Of a stretch of 64,000 bases of DNA, positions 11,455 to 23,464 are shown piece by piece. Under the pieces are notes generated by a model that had not been told where the DNA came from, made no database searches, and worked only from the letters and a program-made list of their open reading frames with translations. This stretch comes from a bacterium (GTDB lineage Bacteria; Patescibacteriota; UBA1384; 2-12-FULL-50-11). The DNA lies in contig JAJTYJ010000003.1 of assembly GCA_021463485.1 (NCBI GenBank), positions 88,380 to 152,379 on the forward strand, in the 5' to 3' direction. The position numbers and the translations under genes were made by a program. How positions within the stretch are numbered: position 1 is the first letter of the stretch; the number at the start of each line of letters is the position of its first letter.

Positions 11455-12921
11455 TTGGGGATGATTTTCGATGTAGTCATCGTCAGCTTACTCTCGTACG
11501 TTATTTTTAAAGTTATTAATTCCCAGAAAGGGCTACGTTTTTTTGGCTGGGTTGCAGCCGCTAGCGTTGTGCTAGTTGCGAGCAGTTACGTCGCTTTGCC
11601 GGCTCTACACCTACTTGCTCAAGCAGCGTTGGTCGTACTTCTAGTAAGTTTCCCGATATTATTTCACCAAGAGTGGCAAGCAGTACTAGATAAAAATACT
11701 CAAGCGCCACCAACCGTCCCGCTTTCGCCCGCAATTCGGATACTGCTAAGTATTGGCCTGGCTTTGCTATTTGTGGGGATGACAGTTGGTTCCTCGACGA
11801 AAGTTGGCCAACTCTCACAAGAGATACCGATAAAAGCTGTAAACGTGCCAGACGGAATGTCTGCACGTGTTAGTGGTGATCAACGCGTTACTATTTTAAT
11901 TTCTGCGCCAAGAGAAGATTGGCGTTCAGTTACTCCCGAAGCGTTCTCGGCTACCGTTGACGTCGCTAAGCAGTCTGAAGGAACGTACGATTTGGCTGTG
12001 ACCGTAACCTCGAAAGTCGCCAGCGTTAAGATACTAAAAATTAAGCCGTCGCGAGCTTTTGTTAGCGTCGAGCCAGTTATTCGCAAGACCGTGCCGGTAA
12101 CAGTCAAATACTCTGGAAAAGCTGGTGACGATTTGGTGCCGGGTGAAGCAAAAATTACCCCCGATAAAGTTGAGATATCTGGTGCTAAATCCTTAATCAA
12201 CGATTTAACACAAGCTGTTGTCGCCGTGAAACTAAACGGCGAAGTAAAACCGATTGAACAAAAAGCCACACTCCGCGTTGAGAACTCCTCAGGCGAAACT
12301 CTTGAAGGCGTTACCTTTACTCCGGCCGAGGTAGCGTTAACGATTCCGCTCGTTAAAGCCGGGAAAGTAAAAACTGTTGGTATCAAACCAGTGTTGAGTG
12401 GTCAGCCTGCTACCGGATTTTGGGTTAAGTCCGTTACTGTTTCTCCGTCAACTGTTTCTGTCACTGGTCCAGTCGAACAGCTGAGCCTTCTAACCGATGT
12501 ACCGACAGCGCCGCTGACGATCACCGGTATTTCAGAAAACACCGAGCAGCAACTGGTTCTAAACCTACCAAGCGGTATTACCGTCGCTGATACCGTCACT
12601 AAAGTTAAGGTGACCGTAACGCTGGCCAAAATCGAAACGACAAAATCAATTAATCCTGAGATAGTGTACGTTGGAATCGATCCGGCTTTGAAGGTAGCGA
12701 GTATCTCGCCAAACGCAATTACGGCAATAGTTTCCGGCGCCAGCGATATACTTAACGGTTTAACCGGCGCTCAGATAAAGCTCAATCTTGATCTTTCGGC
12801 GTACAAATCGGCTGGTACTTACTCGGTTAATATTAAAAACACAAATTTCACGCTGATTGACGGTGTTAGTTTAGTGAGCTTCCTTCCGTCAGCAATTGGT
12901 GTTACGTTAGAAAATAGATGA
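11455..12921 (+). CDS. CdaA-like N-terminal membrane region fused to CdaR/YbbR-repeat protein (no DAC domain); start possibly ATT/ATC at 11386/11389
   Basis: 3 TM helices ending FPILFHQEWQAVL, a 4th TM, then about 4 YbbR-like repeats (P..V.ISG, FSATVDV, GTY.L.V). Confidence 0.8.
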   Translation: MGMIFDVVIVSLLSYVIFKVINSQKGLRFFGWVAAASVVLVASSYVALPALHLLAQAALVVLLVSFPILFHQEWQAVLDKNTQAPPTVPLSPAIRILLSIGLALLFVGMTVGSSTKVGQLSQEIPIKAVNVPDGMSARVSGDQRVTILISAPREDWRSVTPEAFSATVDVAKQSEGTYDLAVTVTSKVASVKILKIKPSRAFVSVEPVIRKTVPVTVKYSGKAGDDLVPGEAKITPDKVEISGAKSLINDLTQAVVAVKLNGEVKPIEQKATLRVENSSGETLEGVTFTPAEVALTIPLVKAGKVKTVGIKPVLSGQPATGFWVKSVTVSPSTVSVTGPVEQLSLLTDVPTAPLTITGISENTEQQLVLNLPSGITVADTVTKVKVTVTLAKIETTKSINPEIVYVGIDPALKVASISPNAITAIVSGASDILNGLTGAQIKLNLDLSAYKSAGTYSVNIKNTNFTLIDGVSLVSFLPSAIGVTLENR

Positions 12922-13250
12922 AGCGGTTACGTTTCCTTGAGGGGATTAAGCATATTAAGTTAGCCAAAAGCGCTAGCTACGCTTTCTTAGGCGCACTCGT
13001 AGTGTTAATCGGTACGTTTGCTGCTTGGCAATTTACTAAGATCTTTTCGCCATCAACACTTATTAACAACAACGACCCGGTTGTTGTAATGAAAACGAGC
13101 GATCACGACGCGAGCGACAGACCGTTACCAAATAATATGATCGATACAACTGTCCCGGATTACGGTGATCAAGGTCTTGTACTTATGATCCCGATTATTA
13201 ACGGACAAGTACAGCTCCCAAGAATCCAGGGCGAGGTGACGTTTCGATGA
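12918..13250 (+). CDS. Hypothetical single-pass membrane protein
   Basis: One TM helix; ATGA overlaps at both ends. Confidence 0.7.
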   Translation: MKRLRFLEGIKHIKLAKSASYAFLGALVVLIGTFAAWQFTKIFSPSTLINNNDPVVVMKTSDHDASDRPLPNNMIDTTVPDYGDQGLVLMIPIINGQVQLPRIQGEVTFR

Positions 13251-14713
13251 AAAGAGTCTGGATGAGCGTTTTATTGCTCGGGGCCGCTATTTTGTTCGGG
13301 GCGCTAACACAAAAAACCAATACAGCGTCTGCCTATGCGCCGCCACCGGCTTCAAATTATTACGCGCTCCGCGGTGGTATGAACTTAAAATTAATTTTGC
13401 CACCGTTAGAGCTGGTTCGGCCGGCTGAGTTACGAATTGCAGGTGAACGTTTTACTTTTAACGCAAATACTGGTCAGTTTACACTTGCAACTCCACCGAG
13501 TGATCTAACAGTAAGCGCTTCAAGAAGAACTGTCTCGGGATACGCAAAACGTGATTACTATGAAGTTACAATTCGCGGTTTTGTGCTTGGCGGCGGTGGG
13601 TTAGCTAAGTCTATTTTTAATCTTCACAATTCCTATATGGCCAAGGCAAGCACACCACCGCCAGCTGGAACGGTCTGTGTCATCGCTGGTTGTGAGGCTG
13701 CGCCGTACCAACCATACGAATATAAAATAACCTTTGCGTCGCTCTCGCGAGCGGTCGCTAAAGATTACGGCGATTGGTTGCGAGCAAATGCCGGTGCTAA
13801 CGATGTTAACGCGATTTATCTTAGCGATCGCAACTGCGCGTCCATCAACGCGCTTAGTGGTACAACACTCTGTACAAAAACTACAGCTAGATTGTCAGTC
13901 CCTGGTTTCGGTCCAACGAATCATATTTTAATCCACGCTATTCCTGTCTTCGGCGGGATTTCGGTTGAAGGTAACGTCGCTGGCACAGGAACAGTCAGCG
14001 GCTTCGTCTTTGACGAGAATTCACCAAAAGCGATCGCGGTTGGTGGAGCAGTTAACTCAGGAGTTACTGGTGGTGCTGGTAATGTTCAGAATTACACTAA
14101 CAACTCTACGGTTTTGAAATGGGATCCACCGGGCACGGTCGGCGCTCAGATCGCAAGTATTTATAATAATGCAAGCTCAAAGGCAGCAGAAGCGACGAAT
14201 AACCCCCCTGATTTTAGCGGCGGTAACATCTATCTAAATGCAAGTAATCGTAACTTAAGGAACTCAGGCACGACTACTCTCAGTTCGCCACCGGAAGGGA
14301 AACTCTGGAAGATAAACGGTAACACAACGTTCACTAACGTCACGATCAACGGCTCGGGCACCATTATGGTTAACGGTAATGTAACCATAAACAACAGTTT
14401 GCGTTGCGCGACTGGAGCTCGGTTCGGTGTTATCGCCACTGGCACAATCACTATTAACCTGGCGGCAGGTACAGGAAAATTGGCTTGTGGCGCGTATGTT
14501 GCTCGGGGCGGCGATCTAATTTTCAGTGATGGGTTAAATAATCCCGATATCGCTTACGAGGCTCGAGGAATTTTTGTAACTCGAGGCAGTATTCAACTGC
14601 CGTCGATCGCTGACGACGTCGCATTCAAAGTCAAATACGACAGCGCGTTCGCGGCTGATCCAACTGTTCTGTTTAAAGAACTGCTCTCAATTATCTTCTC
14701 CACCGTCTCCTAG
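13247..14713 (+). CDS. Secreted Gly/Asn/Thr-rich protein with beta-helix-like C-terminus
   Basis: Signal peptide (MKRVW...ASA), INGSGTIMVNGNVTI-type repeats, Cys pairs. Confidence 0.8.
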   Translation: MKRVWMSVLLLGAAILFGALTQKTNTASAYAPPPASNYYALRGGMNLKLILPPLELVRPAELRIAGERFTFNANTGQFTLATPPSDLTVSASRRTVSGYAKRDYYEVTIRGFVLGGGGLAKSIFNLHNSYMAKASTPPPAGTVCVIAGCEAAPYQPYEYKITFASLSRAVAKDYGDWLRANAGANDVNAIYLSDRNCASINALSGTTLCTKTTARLSVPGFGPTNHILIHAIPVFGGISVEGNVAGTGTVSGFVFDENSPKAIAVGGAVNSGVTGGAGNVQNYTNNSTVLKWDPPGTVGAQIASIYNNASSKAAEATNNPPDFSGGNIYLNASNRNLRNSGTTTLSSPPEGKLWKINGNTTFTNVTINGSGTIMVNGNVTINNSLRCATGARFGVIATGTITINLAAGTGKLACGAYVARGGDLIFSDGLNNPDIAYEARGIFVTRGSIQLPSIADDVAFKVKYDSAFAADPTVLFKELLSIIFSTVS

Positions 14714-14750
14714 CCTTATCAGCGCGGTTTATACCAAGTACAATAGTCGT

Positions 14751-15710
14751 ATGTTGATTGATAGCGTAGAGATTACAGTTCGTGCTGGTCGCGGCGGCAA
14801 CGGTATAATTGCCTGGCGAAGAGAAAAATATGTTCCGTTTGGCGGCCCGGACGGCGGAGACGGCGGTCGCGGCGGTAGCGTTTACTTTGTTGGGAGTAAT
14901 AACGTTGACACTCTTAGTTCCTTTCGATACCGAAAGGTGTTTCAGGCTGCCGATGGAGAAAACGGTCGTAGTAAGCGACAACACGGACGCGCTGCCGAAG
15001 ATTTAGAGCTGCTCGTACCGCAAGGCACGGTAGTGATCGACGACGAATCCGGTAAGATCTTAACAGATATTACCGAAGTCGGTCAGCGTTATCGGGTAGC
15101 CAAAGGCGGAGTTGGTGGTCTCGGTAACCCGCACTTTGCCACCGCTACCAACCAAAAACCCGAGGAGCAGACCGACGGCAAACCAGGTGAAGTAAAGAAA
15201 ATTAGGCTCGAGCTTCAGTTGATAGCTGACGCAGCCTTAGTCGGGAAGCCAAACGCCGGTAAATCCTCTATTATCTCCGTATTAACAGGAGTTGAAGCTC
15301 GAATTGGAGCTTACGCATTTTCCACTACCGAGCCAGTGCTCGGGGTAATGAGAAGTGGCGACGAGACGATCACACTCGTCGATTTACCTGGTTTGATCGA
15401 GGGTGCCCATCGCGGCAAAGGTCTTGGCGATAAGTTTCTCCAGCACTTGCGTCGAGTTAGTCAAATTATCCATGTTGTCGACGCAACCGAACCAGATATT
15501 AAAACTGCAATTTCCGAAATCGACACCGAGCTTAAGGAATACGACCCAATTCTATTGGAAAAACCAAAAATACTCGTTTTGAATAAAATAGACTTGCTAA
15601 ATCCCAAAGAACTCTCTAGCTTAAAAAAGAGCTTTTCGCAGGCGCTGTTTATTAGCGCCCAGGAGAAGATCAACCTCAACGATCTTCGCGAAGCTATCCA
15701 ATCCAATTAA
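14751..15710 (+). CDS. obgE: GTPase ObgE/CgtA
   Basis: Gly-rich Obg fold (GGPDGGDGGRGG), GKPNAGKS, DLPG, NKID. Confidence 0.97.
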   Translation: MLIDSVEITVRAGRGGNGIIAWRREKYVPFGGPDGGDGGRGGSVYFVGSNNVDTLSSFRYRKVFQAADGENGRSKRQHGRAAEDLELLVPQGTVVIDDESGKILTDITEVGQRYRVAKGGVGGLGNPHFATATNQKPEEQTDGKPGEVKKIRLELQLIADAALVGKPNAGKSSIISVLTGVEARIGAYAFSTTEPVLGVMRSGDETITLVDLPGLIEGAHRGKGLGDKFLQHLRRVSQIIHVVDATEPDIKTAISEIDTELKEYDPILLEKPKILVLNKIDLLNPKELSSLKKSFSQALFISAQEKINLNDLREAIQSN

Positions 15711-15825
15711 CCCTTGACAACAGGTATATATACCGAGTAGACTAACGATAAGTTAGTTGAGGTAATAAAGGAAGTGATAAATCGACAGAACAGTCGGCTA
15801 GTGATTTGCTCCGCTCGGAGTAATT

Positions 15826-18800
15826 TTGTCACATCTAATAATAATTAAGGCAAGGGAGGCCAAGCTGCGTACAAATTTTCGCCCACTAGAAACCAATAAT
15901 ACGTTATCGAACCTTATTGAGGTTCAGCTCAAAAGCTATAACTGGCTATTTGAAGAGGGGATCGGTGAGCTCTTAAACGAGATTTCACCAGTTGAAGACT
16001 TTACCGGTAAACTTTTCACTTTAGAATTTACCGATTACTCGCTCGATAAAGCTAAGTACGACGAGAAAACAGCACGGTCAAAAAACCTTACCTACAAAGC
16101 GCCGCTCCGTTGTCAGATTAAATTAACCAATAAACTCACCAAGAAGGTAAAAACTGCCGAAGTTTTTCTTGGCGATTATCCGCTCATGACCGAGCGCGGC
16201 ACGTTTATTATTAACGGCGTTGAGCGCGTTGTTGTTTCACAGATCGTTCGCTCGTTCGGTGTCTTATTTGCAGCCGAGGAGCTAAGCGGCCGCAAGTTAT
16301 TTGGTGCTAAAATCATCCCAAACCGCGGTGCTTGGTTAGAGTTTGAAACCAACTCGCGCGATGTTATTAGTGTGAAAGTCGATCGTAAGCGTCGAATTCC
16401 AATTACAACCTTCCTCCGAGCTGTCGGCAAATTCGACGACGAACAAATTAAAAAGTTGTTCAAAGACGTCGATACTAACCACGATCATCCGTTTATCGAA
16501 TCAACGCTCGCACGCGACCCAGCTAAGACCTACGAAGAAGCAGTTGTCGAGGTTTATAAGCGAATTCGACCTGGTGATTTAGTAACACCAGAAACCGCTG
16601 AGACATTTATCCAGAATATCTTCTTTAACGCTAAGCGCTACGATTTAGGTCGCGTCGGACGCTATAAGATTAACCAACGTCTCGAAATGGATATTCCAAA
16701 CACCGCCAAGAACCGAGTTCTGCGCGTTGAGGATATCATCGAAACAATCAAAGAAGTTATCCGTTTGAATAACACTCCAAAAGCCGAGGGCGACGACGTC
16801 GATCACCTTAAAAATCGTCGTGTCCGCGCCGTAGGTGAGCTCGTTCAGAACCGTCTCCGCGTCGGATTACTCCGAATGGAGCGCATTATTAAAGACCGAA
16901 TGAGCCAAGTGGTTGATCCAGAAGACGTTAATCCAATTACGCTTATAAACAGCCGTCCGGTTGCTGCCGTATTGCAAGAATTCTTCGCCTCATCTCAGAT
17001 GAGTCAATTTATGAACCAAACCAACCCGCTGGCAGAGCTGGAACACAAGCGAACACTCTCAGCTACCGGCCCTGGTGGAATCTCACGCGAACACGCCGGT
17101 TTTGATGTTCGCGACGTTCACCGGTCGCACTACGGACGTATCTGCCCGATTACAACTCCAGAAGGTCAGAATATTGGTTTAGTCGGTTACTTAGCCGCTT
17201 CAGCTCGAGTAAATGAGTACGGCTTTATCGAAACCCCGTACCGTAAAGTTGAAGTTAAAAACGGTAAAGCAAAAATTACCAGCAAGATCGATTATCTTGA
17301 TGCCTATAACGAGGAGAAGTACACCCTAGCGCCGTTCTCAACCAAAGTCGATAAAAACGGTTACATTACTGGCAATAAAATCGTCGCGCGTCGCAACGGT
17401 GAGCCGGTTATCGAAGCTGTCACAAAAATTGATTACGTTGACATCTCACCGCAACAGGTCGTTTCGATCTCAACTGCCTTAATTCCGTTTGTCGAACACG
17501 ACGAAGCTGTCCGAGCCTCGATGGGATCGAACATGCAACGCCAAGCCGTACCACTTGTTAAGCCGCAAGCTCCAATTATTGGGACAGGCTTAGAAGGCGC
17601 AGTTAAAGATTCTGGACAACTAATGGTAGCCGATGCTGATGGCGTGGTTACTTACGTTGACGGTGAAAAAATTACAATAAAAACCAAAAATGGCGATAAA
17701 ACTTACGAACTCTTAAAGTTCGTTCGCTCTAACCAAAGCACTTGTATTAACCAGCGACCAGCGGTGGCGCTCGGCGATAAAGTAAAAGCCGGTCAGGTGA
17801 TCGCCGACTCAAGCGCATCTGACGACGGAGAATTAGCAATCGGTCAAAACGTCACCGTCGCTTACATGAGCTGGGGCGGTTACAACTACGAAGACGCTAT
17901 AATTATTTCCGAACGCCTTGTTAAGGAAGATCGTTTTACCTCGATTCACGTTGAGAAATATTCGTGTGAAGTCCGCGACACTAAACTCGGACCAGAGCTG
18001 GTAACGCGTGATATCCCGAACGTCGGTGATGAAGCGCTATCGAACCTTGATGAACAAGGCATCATTCGTATCGGTGCCGAAGTCGGTAGCGGTAGTATCT
18101 TAGTAGGAAAAATCACCCCACGCGGTGAGACGGAACTAACCGCCGAAGAGAAACTACTTCGAGCCATTTTCGGCGAGAAAGCTAAAGATGTTAAAGACAC
18201 CTCGCTTCGTTTGCCTCACGGTGAGCGCGGTAAGGTTGTTGAAGTAAAAGTTTTCTCCAAAGGCAACGGCGACGAACTACCAGCTGGTGTTTATCAGCAA
18301 ATTGAAGTTTCAGTAGCACAACTTCGAAAGATTACAGTTGGAGACAAGATGGCTGGCCGACACGGTAACAAAGGTGTTATCTCGCGAACTCTGCCGGAAG
18401 CCGACATGCCGTTCCTACCAGACGGTACACCAGTTGATATTATCCTCAACCCGCTCGGTGTTATCTCGCGTATGAACCTTGGACAAATTCTTGAAACCCA
18501 CCTAGGATGGGCTGCCGGAAAACTAAACTATAAAGTTGCCTCTCCAGCGTTCTACGGGACACCTGTTACCGAAATTGAAAAAGAACTTAAAAAAGCAGAA
18601 TTACCTGATGACGGTAAAATCCAACTTCGTGATGGCCGAACTGGCACGGAGTACGACCAAAGAACAACGGTCGGTACTAAATACATCCTTAAACTAATTC
18701 ACTTAGTTGATGATAAGATGCACGCTCGTTCAACCGGTCCGTACTCGATGGTTACGCAACAGCCGCTCGGTGGTAAGGCACAGTTCGGCGGTCAGCGATT

Positions 18801-19188
18801 CGGTGAAATGGAAGTGTGGGCGCTCGAAGCGTACGGCGCTGCTCACTCGCTCCAGGAAATCTTAACGATTAAATCCGACGACGTAATCGGACGCGCCAAA
18901 GCATACGAGGCGATTATTAAGGGCGAAGAAATTCAGAAACCTCAAATTCCAGCCTCGTTTGCAGTGTTAGTTCGCGAGCTTCAGAGTCTTTGCTTAAACG
19001 TCGAAGTAATCGAGACAGAAGACAAATTAAAAGAAATAGAAACAACTCGTTCGCTTCTCCAAAGCCAGAGTACTCCAGCCCAATCTATCGATGAGATCGT
19101 TAATGCTGAGGTACCAGAGGCAGCTGTAGAAACCGAAGAAGTTGAAGAACCAGCCGTTCAACCGGTTGCAGAGAAGGAGGACCAATAA
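15826..19188 (+). CDS. rpoB: RNA polymerase beta subunit (start possibly CTG 15865)
   Basis: [32 protein letters not shown]. Confidence 0.99.
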   Translation: MSHLIIIKAREAKLRTNFRPLETNNTLSNLIEVQLKSYNWLFEEGIGELLNEISPVEDFTGKLFTLEFTDYSLDKAKYDEKTARSKNLTYKAPLRCQIKLTNKLTKKVKTAEVFLGDYPLMTERGTFIINGVERVVVSQIVRSFGVLFAAEELSGRKLFGAKIIPNRGAWLEFETNSRDVISVKVDRKRRIPITTFLRAVGKFDDEQIKKLFKDVDTNHDHPFIESTLARDPAKTYEEAVVEVYKRIRPGDLVTPETAETFIQNIFFNAKRYDLGRVGRYKINQRLEMDIPNTAKNRVLRVEDIIETIKEVIRLNNTPKAEGDDVDHLKNRRVRAVGELVQNRLRVGLLRMERIIKDRMSQVVDPEDVNPITLINSRPVAAVLQEFFASSQMSQFMNQTNPLAELEHKRTLSATGPGGISREHAGFDVRDVHRSHYGRICPITTPEGQNIGLVGYLAASARVNEYGFIETPYRKVEVKNGKAKITSKIDYLDAYNEEKYTLAPFSTKVDKNGYITGNKIVARRNGEPVIEAVTKIDYVDISPQQVVSISTALIPFVEHDEAVRASMGSNMQRQAVPLVKPQAPIIGTGLEGAVKDSGQLMVADADGVVTYVDGEKITIKTKNGDKTYELLKFVRSNQSTCINQRPAVALGDKVKAGQVIADSSASDDGELAIGQNVTVAYMSWGGYNYEDAIIISERLVKEDRFTSIHVEKYSCEVRDTKLGPELVTRDIPNVGDEALSNLDEQGIIRIGAEVGSGSILVGKITPRGETELTAEEKLLRAIFGEKAKDVKDTSLRLPHGERGKVVEVKVFSKGNGDELPAGVYQQIEVSVAQLRKITVGDKMAGRHGNKGVISRTLPEADMPFLPDGTPVDIILNPLGVISRMNLGQILETHLGWAAGKLNYKVASPAFYGTPVTEIEKELKKAELPDDGKIQLRDGRTGTEYDQRTTVGTKYILKLIHLVDDKMHARSTGPYSMVTQQPLGGKAQFGGQRFGEMEVWALEAYGAAHSLQEILTIKSDDVIGRAKAYEAIIKGEEIQKPQIPASFAVLVRELQSLCLNVEVIETEDKLKEIETTRSLLQSQSTPAQSIDEIVNAEVPEAAVETEEVEEPAVQPVAEKEDQ

Positions 19189-22100
19189 TGGCCGAGTTAA
19201 AGATGAGCACCCGGACAGATAAGCCAGAGTTTAGTCTTCTAAACTTCGAAGGATTGCGTGTTCGCGTTGCCAGCCCGTTAGACATCGAGAAATGGAGCTA
19301 CGGCGAAGTTCTCAAACCTGAAACAATCAACTACCGAACCCAGAAACCAGAACGCGACGGTCTTTTTGACGAACGCATTTTTGGTCCGACCAAAGATTGG
19401 GAGTGTTACTGCGGTAAATACAAGCGAATCCGCTACAAAGGCGTTATCTGTGATAAGTGTGGCGTTGAAGTTACGCGCTCAAGCGTTCGACGCGAACGAA
19501 TGGGTCACATCGACTTAGCAGTTCCAGTTGCGCATATTTGGTATGTCCGCGGCGTTCCGTACTGTATTAGCACACTTCTCGACATCTCAGTAACGGATAT
19601 CGAAAAAGTTGTCTACTTTGCCAGCTTTGTCATTCTCTCAGTTAATGAAGAGTTAAAAACAGAAGCGCTACAACAGTTGGATGGCGAATTTAAGAATGCT
19701 AAAGAGCAGCTTAAAGACTCTCCAGAGCGCCTCGAGCAATTGGAAGCGAATTATAAAGCTACCAAATCTGAGTTAAACTCGCTCGAAGCTAACGCAGTTA
19801 TTAGCGAAGGTAAGTACCACGAGCTATCGCTTCGCTTCGGTAACATTATTAAAGTTGGTATTGGCGCCGAGGCTATCCTCGAGTTATTGAAAAAAGTTGA
19901 TCTCGACGAACAGATCTCGATTGTTAAGCAAGAACTATTAGTTGCCGCACCAAACGCAATTCGCCGCTTAACCAAGCGCTTGAGAATGTTAACCGATCTT
20001 AAACTCGCTGGTTTACGACCGGAGTGGTTTATCATCAACAAACTTCCAGTTCTGCCACCAGATCTTCGCCCGATGGTCCAGCTCGACGGCGGCCGATTTG
20101 CCTCGTCAGACTTAAACGATCTTTACCGACGAGTTATCAACCGAAACAATCGACTAAAGCGCCTAATGAACCAAAGCGCGCCGGATGTTATCGCTCGAAA
20201 CGAAAAGCGGATGCTACAAGAAGCGGTAGACGCCTTAATCGACAACTCTGCACGAAAAACCCAAGCTACAACAGTTGGACGTCAGCCACGATCGCTCTCA
20301 GACATGCTTCGCGGTAAACAGGGACGATTCCGACAAAACCTCTTAGGTAAGCGCGTCGACTATTCCGGTCGATCGGTTATCGTTGTCGGTCCAAATCTTA
20401 AGCTCGATCAATGCGGCCTGCCAAAAGTGATGGCGCTCGAGCTTTTCAAACCGTTTGTTATCTCACGACTTATTAACGAGCAATACGTGCACAACGTTAA
20501 AAACGCTGCTCGATTGATCGAACGCGGTACTCCAGAAGTTTGGGAGATTCTCGAAGAAGTTACGAAGGATTCGTACGTGCTGTTAAACCGTGCTCCAACG
20601 CTCCACCGTTTAGGAATCCAAGCTTTCAAGCCGATTCTTATCGAAGGAAAAGCGATCCAGTTACACCCGCTCGTCTGTGCGGCTTACAACGCCGACTTTG
20701 ATGGCGACCAAATGGCTGTACACGTTCCGCTCTCCGCGATGGCTCGTTACGAGGCACGCGAGTTAATGAACGCCAAGAACAACCTACTTAAACCTTCTTC
20801 AGGAGAACCGCTCGTTTCGCCGCGACTTGATATTGTTTTTGGCCTCTTCTACCTCACTAACGCCAAAAAAGGTGTTGCTGGCGAAGGTAAATTCTTCGCA
20901 TCGTTTGACGAAGTGGAGCAATCGTACGCTCGCGGTGATCTTCACCCACAAGCCGAGATCAAAGTCCGTACCGCTAGCGGTGAGCGTCTTGAGACGACCG
21001 TCGGTCGGGTTATGGTCAACAACGTCTTCCCAGAAGGCTACAAGTTTGTGAATGAGCCGCTCGATACCAAGAAAATCAAATCTGTCATGCGTGAGATCTA
21101 CAAACTTCACGGTCGCGACGCTACCTCAAAATTAGCAGACGACTTAATGCAACTCGGTTTCCGATTCTCTGAGAAATCAGGTATGACGATGTCTATTTTC
21201 GACATCAATATCCCAGAAGTTAAAGAAGCGATGATCAAACAAGGTGAAGACGCGATCGAAGAGATCACCAAGCGTTACCGACGCGGTCTTATTACCGACG
21301 AAGAGCGCAAAAAACTCTCAATCGAAAAATGGACTGAAATCCGTAACAAGATGGAGAAGGAAGTTAAGGAGTCGTTCGACAAGAACTCGTCAATTTGGAC
21401 GATGGTTACTTCCGGTGCCCGTGGCTCTTCAAACCAGTTAGTGCAGCTGGCTGGCATGAAAGGACTTGTAGTTAACCCATCTGGATCGATTATTGACGTT
21501 CCGATTACCTCTAACTATAAAGAAGGTCTTTCTGTCCTTGAGTACTTCATCTCCACTCACGGTTCACGTAAGGGTAAATCCGACACCTCGCTTAAAACTG
21601 CAGACGCTGGGTATCTAACACGTCGACTAGTCGACGTCTCACAAGACCTAGTAATTACCACCGAAGATTGTGGCACTACTAATGGTATTACTGTTGTCCA
21701 GTCTGAATCTGCTGAGTACGGCGAAACGTACGAAGAACGCCTAGTTGGTCGAGTTACTTTGGACGCTATTAAAGGTAAAAACGGCAAAGCGATCCTTAAA
21801 GCCGGAGAGCTAATTACCGAAGATCACATCGCCGAGATCATCGAAAACGGCGTTACTGAAGTTCGAGTCCGATCGGTGCTCCACTGTAAAGCCGAATGGG
21901 GTATTTGCCAGAACTGTTACGGTCGAGACTTGTCGACTGCTGAAATGGTCACACAAGGATCTGCTGTTGGTATTCTTGCTGCGCAAGCGATCGGTGAGCC
22001 AGGTACACAGCTGACGATGAAAACCTTCCACATGGGAGGCGTTTCGGTCGGCGACATTACTTCTGGTTTGCCACGCGTAGAAGAGATCTTCGAAGCCCGA

Positions 22101-23039
22101 CCGCCGCACGGCGCCGCTGTATTATCTGAAATCGCCGGTAAAGTCGTTATCCACGAAACCAAAGAGCGCTTGTATATCGACGTTGTTTCAGCCGATATTC
22201 CAACAGAGGAATTCGAGCTAATCGAAGATTACACCGCTTCTGTAAAAGACAAAGATATCATCAAAGCCAAGCAAGCCATCGCAACCGCACCAGATAAAAA
22301 AGCGATGCGCGCTTCGATCGGTGGACGAGTCGATATTAAGGGTAAGAAGATTACCGTTACTTCGCTCGAACCAACCAAGGCAAGTTACTTGGTTTCAGGT
22401 GATGTTGGTCTTAAAGTTAAAAACGGCGATACCGTTGAAGTCGGTCAGCAGCTCACCGAGGGTCACGTCGATCCGAACCAGTCGCTCGATCTGCGCGGCG
22501 TTAGTAAAACTCAGGACTATATTATTAAAGAAGTCCAGAATATCTACTCCTCGCACGGTGCAGGCGTTAACGAAAAACACATCGAGATTATCGCTCGTTG
22601 TATGTTCTCGCGTGTTCGATTAATCGACGGCGGCGACTCAACGCTTCTTCGCGGACAAGTTGTCAGCAAGCTCGAAATCGATCGAATGAACGAGAAACTT
22701 GCCAAAGAAGGCAAGCGACAAATTCAGTACGAACAGATTATCTTGGGTATTACCCGCGCCTCGTTACAAACAAATAGCTTCCTATCAGCCGCTTCATTCC
22801 AAGAAACAACCCGCGTTTTGATCGAAGCAGCTATTCAAGGCGCTGTCGATCCGCTTCGAGGTCTAAAAGAGAACGTTATCATCGGTAAGCTTATCCCAGC
22901 CGGTACTGGATTTATGGATGAAGCCGATGTTCGTGTCATCAACGACGCTTACCAGGCCACAATTCCACAGCCGTTACCAGTTGGCATCGACACTACCGCC
23001 GAGGAGCAAACGGTTGAGCCAAAGAAGGAAAAAGAGTAA
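19188..23039 (+). CDS. rpoC: RNA polymerase beta' subunit
   Basis: NADFDGD, Zn-binding [18 protein letters not shown]. Confidence 0.99.
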   Translation: MAELKMSTRTDKPEFSLLNFEGLRVRVASPLDIEKWSYGEVLKPETINYRTQKPERDGLFDERIFGPTKDWECYCGKYKRIRYKGVICDKCGVEVTRSSVRRERMGHIDLAVPVAHIWYVRGVPYCISTLLDISVTDIEKVVYFASFVILSVNEELKTEALQQLDGEFKNAKEQLKDSPERLEQLEANYKATKSELNSLEANAVISEGKYHELSLRFGNIIKVGIGAEAILELLKKVDLDEQISIVKQELLVAAPNAIRRLTKRLRMLTDLKLAGLRPEWFIINKLPVLPPDLRPMVQLDGGRFASSDLNDLYRRVINRNNRLKRLMNQSAPDVIARNEKRMLQEAVDALIDNSARKTQATTVGRQPRSLSDMLRGKQGRFRQNLLGKRVDYSGRSVIVVGPNLKLDQCGLPKVMALELFKPFVISRLINEQYVHNVKNAARLIERGTPEVWEILEEVTKDSYVLLNRAPTLHRLGIQAFKPILIEGKAIQLHPLVCAAYNADFDGDQMAVHVPLSAMARYEARELMNAKNNLLKPSSGEPLVSPRLDIVFGLFYLTNAKKGVAGEGKFFASFDEVEQSYARGDLHPQAEIKVRTASGERLETTVGRVMVNNVFPEGYKFVNEPLDTKKIKSVMREIYKLHGRDATSKLADDLMQLGFRFSEKSGMTMSIFDINIPEVKEAMIKQGEDAIEEITKRYRRGLITDEERKKLSIEKWTEIRNKMEKEVKESFDKNSSIWTMVTSGARGSSNQLVQLAGMKGLVVNPSGSIIDVPITSNYKEGLSVLEYFISTHGSRKGKSDTSLKTADAGYLTRRLVDVSQDLVITTEDCGTTNGITVVQSESAEYGETYEERLVGRVTLDAIKGKNGKAILKAGELITEDHIAEIIENGVTEVRVRSVLHCKAEWGICQNCYGRDLSTAEMVTQGSAVGILAAQAIGEPGTQLTMKTFHMGGVSVGDITSGLPRVEEIFEARPPHGAAVLSEIAGKVVIHETKERLYIDVVSADIPTEEFELIEDYTASVKDKDIIKAKQAIATAPDKKAMRASIGGRVDIKGKKITVTSLEPTKASYLVSGDVGLKVKNGDTVEVGQQLTEGHVDPNQSLDLRGVSKTQDYIIKEVQNIYSSHGAGVNEKHIEIIARCMFSRVRLIDGGDSTLLRGQVVSKLEIDRMNEKLAKEGKRQIQYEQIILGITRASLQTNSFLSAASFQETTRVLIEAAIQGAVDPLRGLKENVIIGKLIPAGTGFMDEADVRVINDAYQATIPQPLPVGIDTTAEEQTVEPKKEKE

Positions 23040-23050
23040 ACTATCAACTA

Positions 23051-23464
23051 ATGCCAACAATCAATCAGTTAATTAGGCGCCCACGAAAACAGGTTAAGGT
23101 GAAGTCAAAATCACCAGCAATGCATCGTGGATTCAATAGTCTCAAAAACCGACCGGTCGAAATTACAAAAGGCCGGCCGTTCCTACGTGGTGTTTGTACA
23201 AAAGTTACCACCACAACTCCTAAAAAGCCGAACTCAGCCTTGCGAAAAATTGCTCGTGTTCGCTTAACTAGTGGCCAAGAAGTTACGGCTTACATCCCAG
23301 GAATCAAGCACAACCTTCAAGAGCACTCGTTGGTACTAATTCGTGGTGGTCGCGTTAAGGACTTACCTGGTGTGAAATACCATATCGTTCGCGGTGTCTT
23401 AAACGCCGAAGGCGTTGAAAACCGCAAACAAGGTCGCAGTAAGTACGGAGCTAAGAAAAAGTAA
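23051..23464 (+). CDS. rpsL: 30S ribosomal protein S12
   Basis: [24 protein letters not shown]. Confidence 0.99.
   Translation: MPTINQLIRRPRKQVKVKSKSPAMHRGFNSLKNRPVEITKGRPFLRGVCTKVTTTTPKKPNSALRKIARVRLTSGQEVTAYIPGIKHNLQEHSLVLIRGGRVKDLPGVKYHIVRGVLNAEGVENRKQGRSKYGAKKK

Noticed and set aside
23051-23464. Streptomycin-resistance changes in S12
   Set aside because: PKKPNS and RVKDLPG lysines are wild type
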